This document shows positions 9,637 through 16,779 of a stretch of 64,000 bases of DNA, piece by piece. Under the pieces are notes generated by a model. That model had not been told where the DNA came from. It worked only from the letters and a program-made list of their open reading frames with translations, and made no database searches. Both the position numbers and the translations under genes were made by a program. Position 1 is the stretch's first letter; every line of letters starts with the position of its first letter. The stretch lies in the sequence record NC_071039.1; one strand, given 5' to 3'.

Positions 9637-10650
9637 GTGGGTAATTTATTTAAGAAAGTTGCATGTTTTAGTGATATTCACTTCGGATTGCATCATAACT
9701 CTAAAATTCACAATCAAGACTGTGAAGATTTCATTAAGTGGTTTTGTAAAACTGCTAAAGAAAAAAATGCAGAAACATGTATATTTTTAGGCGATTGGCA
9801 TCATACAAGAAACACCATTAATGTATCTACACTAAACTACACCATGTCTAGTTTAGAACTACTAAACGATACGTTCGAAAAAGTATATTTTATCACTGGC
9901 AATCATGACCTTATGTATAGAGAAAAAAGAGAAGTACATTCTATTCCGATGGGTCACAAATATCCTAATATAGTTATGATAGAAGATCCGTTCGAACAAG
10001 GAGATGTATCTATTCTACCGTGGTTAGTAGGAGATGAATGGAAAGACGTTCCTAAAATAAAAGCAAAATATTTGTTTGGGCATTTAGAAATTCCAGGATT
10101 TAAACTAAATGCAATGGTAGAAATGCCCGATGTAGGAGAAATAAAATCCGAACATTTTGTTAATCAAACATATGTATTTTCTGGACATTTTCATAAGAGA
10201 CAAGTAAATGGAAAAATTAATTATATCGGCAATCCATTTGGTCACAACTATTCTGATGTATGGGATTTTGATAGGGGTGCAATGTTTTTAGAATGGGGAG
10301 GGGAGCCTGAATATGTTAATTACGAAGACGGACCTAGATTCATATCCACTACATTGAAACAAATACTAGAAAATCCAGATTATTATCTTAAGCCAAAAAC
10401 TCACGTAAAAGCAACTATAGATGTAGATATAACATACGAAGAAGCCAATTTCTTACGTGAAACATTCTTGTCTTCATATAAAGTTAGAGAATTTAAATTA
10501 TTACAGTCTAAATACAGCGAACACGAAATAGAAAGTGATACTGAAACTGAATTCGAAACTGTAGATGAAATTGTTATTTCCGAACTAACTAATATTCAAA
10601 GTGATAACTTTGATAAAAACATACTTATAAGCATTTACACAAACCTATAA
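9637..10650 (+). CDS. gp47: Recombination endonuclease subunit (Mre11/SbcD-like)
   Basis: Metallophosphoesterase motifs SDIHFG, GDWHH, GNHD, GHL, SGHFH. Confidence 0.93.
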   Translation: MGNLFKKVACFSDIHFGLHHNSKIHNQDCEDFIKWFCKTAKEKNAETCIFLGDWHHTRNTINVSTLNYTMSSLELLNDTFEKVYFITGNHDLMYREKREVHSIPMGHKYPNIVMIEDPFEQGDVSILPWLVGDEWKDVPKIKAKYLFGHLEIPGFKLNAMVEMPDVGEIKSEHFVNQTYVFSGHFHKRQVNGKINYIGNPFGHNYSDVWDFDRGAMFLEWGGEPEYVNYEDGPRFISTTLKQILENPDYYLKPKTHVKATIDVDITYEEANFLRETFLSSYKVREFKLLQSKYSEHEIESDTETEFETVDEIVISELTNIQSDNFDKNILISIYTNL

Positions 10651-12404
10651 TGTTAAAATTTAAATCTATATCAATGCGAAATTTTATGTCTGTCGGTAAT
10701 AATACACAGACTATATTGCTAGACGAAAACGATCTAACATTAGTTTTGGGAGAAAATTTAGATCTCGGTGGCAATGACAGTAAAAACGGAACCGGTAAGA
10801 CTGCAAAATTAAATGCACTTTCATACGCACTCTTTGGTACAGCATTAACTAATATAAGAAAAGAAAATCTAATTAATAAAACAAATGAAAAAAATATGTA
10901 TGTTAAATTAGAATTTTCGTTGAATAATAAAGAGTACAAAATAGAAAGGGGAAGAAAACCCAATATATTTAAAGTTATAATCAACAACAAAGAATTAGAA
11001 ACAGACGAAACTGACGAAGCGCAAGGCGACAGCAGACAAACACAACTTGCATTAGAAAAGGAATTAGGTTTTAGTCATAATATGTTTAAAAACATAATTG
11101 CACTAAACACTTATTCCACTCCTTTTCTCTCTATGAAAACTACCGAACAAAGAGAATTAATAGAACAACTGCTAGGCATAACTAAACTAAGTGAAAAAGC
11201 AGATATTCTAAAAAATTTAGTTAAAGATACTAAAGATAGAATTAAAGAAGAAGAATTTAGAATTAAAGCAATCCAAGAAGCAAATAAAAGCATAGAACAA
11301 AACATTGCTTCTATGGAACTTAGAAGCAAAGCCTGGGATAAAAGACATTTAGATACTTTACAAGAATACAGAGAATCGCTAGAGCATCTAAATAAAATAG
11401 ATATAGATACTGAAATAGAAATGCATAAAGTTTTAAAAGAGATTTCTATTAAAGAAAGAGAAAAAAATGATATTTTAAAAGAATATAATATTGTAGAACG
11501 AGAAATACAGTCATTATCTACAACAGTATCTCACCTTTCGTCACAATTACTAAAAACTACAGAACACAACGAATGTCCTACGTGCGGACAAGAATTAAAT
11601 GATAGTCATACTTCATTAACTGAATCTTTAAAATTAAAGTTAGAATCTGCAACTAATTCACTTAAAGAAAAAGAAAATGAAAAAGAATTAATTTTAAATA
11701 CATTAAATTCTATTTTTATACCGGAAAAACCATCTACGTTTTATTCGTCTTTAGATGACGTTTATAATCATAAAACTATGATCAATACACTAGAGCATTC
11801 TATAGAAAAAGAAGAAATGCTAACTAACCCTCACGTAGAAAATGTTTCTATTTTACGGGATAGTATAAAACAAGTGGATTTTGAAACTATTAATACGTTA
11901 GTTTCGCTGCGAGATCATCAAGAATTTTTATTAAAACTGCTAACCTCAAAAGATAGTTTTATAAGAAAAAAGATTATAGATCAAAATTTATCTTATCTAA
12001 ATACAAGACTTGCACACTACTTAATAAAAATAGGATTGCCACACGAAGTAAAATTTATGTCTGACCTAGAAGTTCAGATTACAGAACACGGCAGAGAATT
12101 AGATTTTGATAATTTAAGTAGAGGTGAACGCACCCGTTTAATTCTTTCACTAAGTTGGGCATTCAGGGATGTATTTGAAAGTCTTAACTATAAAATAAAT
12201 CTGCTGTATATAGACGAATTAATAGACAATGGATTAGATACCAGAGGTGTAGAATCTGCTCTAAGCATTCTAAAACAAATGTCAAGGGATTCTAGCAGAA
12301 AAGTATTTTTAGTGTCACACAGAGAAGAATTAATTGGACGAGTTGATGTTCAACTAAAAGCAGTAAAAGAAGGTGGATTTACTTCTTATACAATCGAAGG
12401 ATAA
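10650..12404 (+). CDS. gp46: Recombination ATPase subunit (Rad50/SbcC-like)
   Basis: Walker A NGTGKT, coiled coil with CPTCGQ zinc hook, signature LSRGE, Walker B LYIDE. Confidence 0.93.
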   Translation: MLKFKSISMRNFMSVGNNTQTILLDENDLTLVLGENLDLGGNDSKNGTGKTAKLNALSYALFGTALTNIRKENLINKTNEKNMYVKLEFSLNNKEYKIERGRKPNIFKVIINNKELETDETDEAQGDSRQTQLALEKELGFSHNMFKNIIALNTYSTPFLSMKTTEQRELIEQLLGITKLSEKADILKNLVKDTKDRIKEEEFRIKAIQEANKSIEQNIASMELRSKAWDKRHLDTLQEYRESLEHLNKIDIDTEIEMHKVLKEISIKEREKNDILKEYNIVEREIQSLSTTVSHLSSQLLKTTEHNECPTCGQELNDSHTSLTESLKLKLESATNSLKEKENEKELILNTLNSIFIPEKPSTFYSSLDDVYNHKTMINTLEHSIEKEEMLTNPHVENVSILRDSIKQVDFETINTLVSLRDHQEFLLKLLTSKDSFIRKKIIDQNLSYLNTRLAHYLIKIGLPHEVKFMSDLEVQITEHGRELDFDNLSRGERTRLILSLSWAFRDVFESLNYKINLLYIDELIDNGLDTRGVESALSILKQMSRDSSRKVFLVSHREELIGRVDVQLKAVKEGGFTSYTIEG

Positions 12405-12405
12405 T

Positions 12406-12431
12406 AAAAAAGAGGCTTAAGCCTCTTTTTT
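12406..12431. terminator. Bidirectional terminator
   Basis: AAAAAAGAGGC-TTAA-GCCTCTTTTTT between convergent genes. Confidence 0.8.
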
Positions 12432-13166
12432 ATTAGTTTCTATTTTTGCTTTATCTAGTTGCTGTTTACTAATATATTTCACATTAATTGTTACATTTTT
12501 GTTATCTTTTGCTTTGGCTAACCTATGAGCACCGTCTATTACATATATTTTACCGTTGTCTTTATACACTATTATAGGGATGCTCACGTCGGCAGCTTTT
12601 ATTCTCGACGACGCTAATTTGTTATATCGTAATATCCATGTTAAGTCTTTTATTTTAACACTTTCTACAGGAGTATGCTCTGTACTTCTAAAAATATCAT
12701 CTAATCTATATTCATTACCATTATGCGTTACTGTACTATGTTTACCTTCTGAATAAGATTCAGAAATAGTATTAATGTTGTTGCCTATGTTAGATATTCT
12801 TGTTAAACTAGATTCAGTATTAGAAGCTATTATGTCTCTACTATCTCCTGATCCTTTAAAATCGTAAACAATTATTCTTACTACATTAGGGAATATAGAA
12901 GATTTATTTACTTTAAGTCTTTTTATACGGTTACCCTGGTTGTCGTATAATGTTTCGTCAATTATATTAATATTAAAAGATTTTGCTAAATCTTTTGCAG
13001 TAATACCTACTTCTGTGGGCGATTCTTTAGAATATCTAGCCCTATTATCTATTACTAACTCGGTATTGTTAAAAAATGGATATTTATTCAATACATTGTT
13101 TAATATTTTTTTAAATTTTGTATCTATAGGCTTAAACGGTAAAATCTCGCCTTCTATAAATCTCAT
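12417..13166 (-). CDS. Hypothetical protein with C-terminal ParB/Srx-like domain
   Basis: PIIVYKDNGKIYVIDGAHRLAKA motif. Confidence 0.65.
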   Translation of the reverse strand: MRFIEGEILPFKPIDTKFKKILNNVLNKYPFFNNTELVIDNRARYSKESPTEVGITAKDLAKSFNINIIDETLYDNQGNRIKRLKVNKSSIFPNVVRIIVYDFKGSGDSRDIIASNTESSLTRISNIGNNINTISESYSEGKHSTVTHNGNEYRLDDIFRSTEHTPVESVKIKDLTWILRYNKLASSRIKAADVSIPIIVYKDNGKIYVIDGAHRLAKAKDNKNVTINVKYISKQQLDKAKIETNKKEA

Positions 13167-13168
13167 TA

Positions 13169-13666
13169 TTATTTACTCAGCTGTTTTACTTTCTCTTTAT
13201 TCTCTTCTGTCCAGAAATTATTCCAGCTACAGAATACCCAACCCTTGTAATCTATACTATTATTTACTTTAATCCCGGTTTTTTCTTCAAATACTACCCA
13301 TTTGCCTTGCCGAGTTATTTTTATAAAAATAATATTAAAATCACCTTCGCTAGCAGTATCACGTACCTGTGATATCCATGTATCTAATTGTTTGCACTCT
13401 CCCTCGAACAACGAAGTAAATGAAAATTTTGCATACGATTTACATTCAGAATTAAAATGTTCCCATGTATCTGGAGGGAAAATATCACCTTTATAGGATT
13501 TGATTTGATTATTGCCTAGTGATGTTTTTCTGACAGAATTTTGTCCTCCTATAAAGGCACCTGAATGTGCTGTTCTAGTAAAGGGTTCGTTGTAAAATGA
13601 GGTAAGATCTTTTGCTACATCTCGTTCCCAGCTACTACCTTTAATTTTACTTTTCGATCCAGACAT
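13169..13666 (-). CDS. Holliday junction resolvase-like PD-(D/E)XK nuclease
   Basis: SKIKGSSWERDVAKDL...GAFIGG...GDI...NSECKSY pattern of phage Hjc-like resolvases. Confidence 0.75.
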   Translation of the reverse strand: MSGSKSKIKGSSWERDVAKDLTSFYNEPFTRTAHSGAFIGGQNSVRKTSLGNNQIKSYKGDIFPPDTWEHFNSECKSYAKFSFTSLFEGECKQLDTWISQVRDTASEGDFNIIFIKITRQGKWVVFEEKTGIKVNNSIDYKGWVFCSWNNFWTEENKEKVKQLSK

Positions 13667-13740
13667 GTTTTGTTAACCTTTTATATACCTGTTAAATTTT
13701 ACATTATTTAGTTAATTTTATACCCATATAATACTGCTGA

Positions 13741-13748
13741 GATAAATA
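13741..13748 (+). promoter_or_regulatory. Late promoter motif GATAAATA upstream of the large ncRNA candidate
   Basis: Exact motif, with no + strand ORF downstream until 15180. Confidence 0.45.
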
Positions 13749-13797
13749 TGTGTGTAGATAACTTATAGCATTATTTTTAACGATTTTAGTACAATGG

Positions 13798-13826
13798 TTG
13801 ACAGTATTAATATCGTATGCTATAAT
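13798..13826 (+). promoter_or_regulatory. Perfect-consensus sigma70 promoter
   Basis: TTGACA-17 nt-TATAAT. Confidence 0.85.
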
Positions 13827-13831
13827 CCGCA

Positions 13832-14737
13832 ACATAATAAAACTAAAGAACGTATGTAACAAAACAGACGTTCTCCTAAGTGTTTTAAAGTTTTTGCTTA
13901 GGAAGACCCAGTTGTATGTTTAAAGGGTGAACGGTAACGGGCATTCTTGTTTAAGACTAGTTCTTATGAAGACATTGGCAACTAACATAGCAGCTTTGTT
14001 CCATAACTGGATATTGGTAGTAGAAACTATCCCCATCGTGCCTTTACTGTAGTACCGTTAGAGACGGAGATAACGCAGGAAAAAAGGTTATTTAAATTAT
14101 GATTTTGGGTGCTGCAGAACACTTTCGTAAACAAAAGGAATATAGTTTACGTATACACAACGGGAACGGGAAAAAGCTTTTTAAGCAAAAACGAGTCCCT
14201 GGTAATTGGTGTTTAACGGGAGTGACGTCCCAAATGTTATTCATCGATTAACACTGTAAGAAGGTTGTAAGGGTTATTGTGTTCGAAGTGGTTTACACAA
14301 CTGTTCTTCCTACATTTATGTACAGAAGTGTAAACGAAAGGATGTTGCTCTGGTAGAAAAAGATCAACGTACTTTATGACACTATCCTTGTGACATATGT
14401 ACTTGTACCAACAACAGCCGCAGGTTACGGATATGGTATTACAAACTGTACTGCGGTTCCGGGAGTTGAAAGTGGATGTTAGCTTAGGTGGCTGTTTGCT
14501 TAATTATAATGTTTAATTTAGGCAATATAAGCGTCGGGTGAGGCTTTCGTAGGTTGCGTGTTTATGCTACGGTGTAAATGGGCTAGACTACTGGCGCATA
14601 CATGAGTATTGTAGGATTGGCGCTTTAATAAAGAAATTTGTTAAAGTTTGAGTTTAGCTCCCCGCTCATTAGCAATAAACGTTGCTAGTCGATAGTATAC
14701 CCACGCCTAAATAATGCCGTCATTGTTTAGTTTTTTT
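13832..14737 (+). ncRNA. Candidate large structured noncoding RNA (~900 nt), family not recognised
   Basis: No ORF >=60 aa in six frames; bounded by consensus promoter and terminator; hand-counted lines 35-50% GC versus ~20% in the flank; many nested stems with G-U pairs on + strand. Confidence 0.65.
14707..14737 (+). terminator. Intrinsic terminator closing the ncRNA candidate
   Basis: CTAAATAATG-CCGT-CATTGTTTAG (10 bp, one G-U) followed by T7. Confidence 0.65.
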
Positions 14738-14742
14738 AAAAA

Positions 14743-15027
14743 ATATAATTGTCAATTATATGTCGTACGCATCTACCCCGAAAAGGGGTAGATGTTTATG
14801 ACTTTCGTTTACACTCATGTCATAATCAGTACACGCCATTTTAGGCCATTCTACATCAATACACTGCTTCTAGCAGTGTATTGGACATACAAAATAATCT
14901 TAAATTATATCAAATTTGTTTAATTACTTTAATTTTGTTACTTTAGTAACTTGTATTTTGTTTATATGAGTTGTAGTTTACGAAAACGAATATAAACAAA
15001 ATACATATGTGAACTGTAGTTCACATA
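14743..15027. repeat. Cluster of six inverted repeats in AT-rich DNA
   Basis: 14743-14761, 14770-14794, 14857-14883, 14937-14950, 14952-15005 (16-bp arms), 15006-15027. Confidence 0.8.
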
Positions 15028-15139
15028 CTTACTAACGTTGTATATTACGGTAATTCTATAAAATATCTCTATATAATTATAAACGTTTTATGGCATACTA
15101 CGACTGAACGAAATTGAAAATTAACTAGAGATTTAATTA

Positions 15140-15147
15140 GATAAATA
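15140..15147 (+). promoter_or_regulatory. Late promoter motif GATAAATA
   Basis: 33 nt upstream of ORF 15180. Confidence 0.55.
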
Positions 15148-15179
15148 ATATTGTAAAAATTGTATAGAGGTATACATCA

Positions 15180-15632
15180 ATGAACGATTACACACATTAC
15201 ACAGAGGAAGATTTCATATTTTTAGCATATGATTTAAATACTCAGCTTATAAATGATGGATATCCTGACGCTGCTGTAAAATTTATTACTAATCAGTTTA
15301 TTTTAGAGCATAGACATCCTGACGAAATAAAACGTTGTATAGGATGTAATTCTAAAATGTACGAAGATGTTATTGCTACTAAGAGAAATTTATCTGGTAA
15401 ATCGCATTGCAGACATTGCGAATCGAAACTTAGTATGTATAAGGAAGTTGTTAAGGAAGTAGCAAATACAACACAAATACTTCGCATACCAGAAAAACAT
15501 TTAAATTCAGTTAAACGATTAATTAGAATATATAATGAGCAAAACAAAACTAGTGCATATCAGAGTATAATAGTTAAAACAAAGAAACTTAACACAGGAG
15601 TTTCTAAAAAGTCAAAAAGAAAGGGACGTTAA
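15180..15632 (+). CDS. Hypothetical protein with CxxC...CxxC zinc ribbon and basic tail
   Basis: CIGC...CRHC; RBS GAGG; ends in bidirectional terminator. Confidence 0.7.
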   Translation: MNDYTHYTEEDFIFLAYDLNTQLINDGYPDAAVKFITNQFILEHRHPDEIKRCIGCNSKMYEDVIATKRNLSGKSHCRHCESKLSMYKEVVKEVANTTQILRIPEKHLNSVKRLIRIYNEQNKTSAYQSIIVKTKKLNTGVSKKSKRKGR

Positions 15633-15648
15633 TTGTCCCTTTCTTTTT
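15614..15648. terminator. Bidirectional terminator
   Basis: AAAAAGAAAGGGAC-GTTAATT-GTCCCTTTCTTTTT. Confidence 0.8.
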
Positions 15649-15874
15649 ATAGGAAGCTTCTACCTGTTTCTGCTTCAATTTTTTGTTTAATAAATTCTCC
15701 TAAACGTACCCGCTCTTGGTATGATAAAGACCAAGCAGTGTGCCAGTCAAATCCATTAATTTTATCACATATTTGGACTATTTCGCCTTCTAATCCCAGT
15801 GATTCTTGTTCATATTCTTGTATAACGTTCCTAATATCATCTGGGGTTCCCGATACTAGGATTCTCTGAAAAAA
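15647..15874 (-). CDS. gp51-like baseplate hub assembly chaperone domain without its own start codon (probable -1 frameshift extension of 15856..16710)
   Basis: Manual translation QRILVSGTPDDIRNVIQEYEQESLGLEGEIVQICDKINGFDWHTAWSLSYQERVRLGEFIKQKIEAETGRSFL*; no ATG/GTG/TTG after upstream in-frame TAA; stop abuts terminator. Confidence 0.7.
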   Translation of the reverse strand, partial: FFQRILVSGTPDDIRNVIQEYEQESLGLEGEIVQICDKINGFDWHTAWSLSYQERVRLGEFIKQKIEAETGRSFL

Positions 15875-16710
15875 CTTACTGGATTAAAATCTACAGGTAC
15901 TACAAAACTTTTATTACAGTTGTCACATACTGCATCAAAGTCGCCATTAACTCCTACTTGATTTATTTCTTTTAAAAGACTATCTATTTTATTAACATCT
16001 GCTCTATCTATATTTGCTATAAATTCTTTTATATCAGCTAGTGTCTGAGCAGTATTGTTAACTATATCTATACCGTTAGTTTCATCTACAATACGAACTA
16101 TTGTTTTTGCAATTAATTCGAAATTTAATGATGACAGTTCATTTATTGTATTAGAAAATGCAGAAAGTTTTTCTTCATCCGAATACATATCGCTTTGCAT
16201 TATTCTAATAAATTTTGCTTGTTCTAATGCAGTTTTTGCAACTGTCATATTATCTGAAAAATCATATGGTCTAATAAATATAGATAGACCGTTATCAAGA
16301 TTCACGACGTATTGATCTTCTAAATAAGTGGACGTATTAATAACATTTAATAAGTCTATTCCATATAAATTTTTATGATTACAATGCGGGCACGTAGAAG
16401 AAATATCTATTGTGTTACCGTACGATGCTGCTTTTATAGCAACACATATCATATGAATGTCATTAATCAAGAGTTTATTTACATCTTTAATTCCTGGTAC
16501 ACAACTCTTAATTACTTCTTTTAAGCCTTCGCCGTTCACTAATGCATCAGGATTTTTTATTAATACTTCATCTTTTCCTGTCATAGCATATACCCCTAGT
16601 TCTCCGGAATCGGTGTATTCTACAACATTTGATGGATAAAATGAATTTCCGCTGGGCAAACGAATATAAGATTTGAATGTTCTGTAATATTGATGTAATT
16701 TGTTGCTCAT
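15856..16710 (-). CDS. gp26: Baseplate hub assembly chaperone, T4 gp26-like
   Basis: YIRLPSG...VYAMTGKDE..IKNPDALVNGE...CPHC...C-terminal CDNC zinc knuckles. Confidence 0.8.
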   Translation of the reverse strand: MSNKLHQYYRTFKSYIRLPSGNSFYPSNVVEYTDSGELGVYAMTGKDEVLIKNPDALVNGEGLKEVIKSCVPGIKDVNKLLINDIHMICVAIKAASYGNTIDISSTCPHCNHKNLYGIDLLNVINTSTYLEDQYVVNLDNGLSIFIRPYDFSDNMTVAKTALEQAKFIRIMQSDMYSDEEKLSAFSNTINELSSLNFELIAKTIVRIVDETNGIDIVNNTAQTLADIKEFIANIDRADVNKIDSLLKEINQVGVNGDFDAVCDNCNKSFVVPVDFNPVSFFRES

Positions 16711-16729
16711 AGTGTGTATATGCTCTTTT

Positions 16730-16757
16730 GATAAATATGCTATATACCGTATTTATC
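16730..16757. promoter_or_regulatory. Two oppositely oriented late promoter motifs (GATAAATA + at 16730-16737; - at 16750-16757)
   Basis: In the 70-bp gap between divergent gp26-like and tape measure genes. Confidence 0.65.
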
Positions 16758-16779
16758 ATAGCATTTTATAGAGGTTCTT

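Noticed and set aside
14580-14690. GACTA...TAGTC pair resembling group I intron P7
   Set aside because: No P4/P6 or J8/7 consensus and no interrupted gene on either side
13832-14737. tmRNA or RNase P identity for the large RNA
   Set aside because: No GGGG..CCACCA tRNA-like ends or ANDENY-like tag; no GAGGAAAGUCC or matching P4 strand
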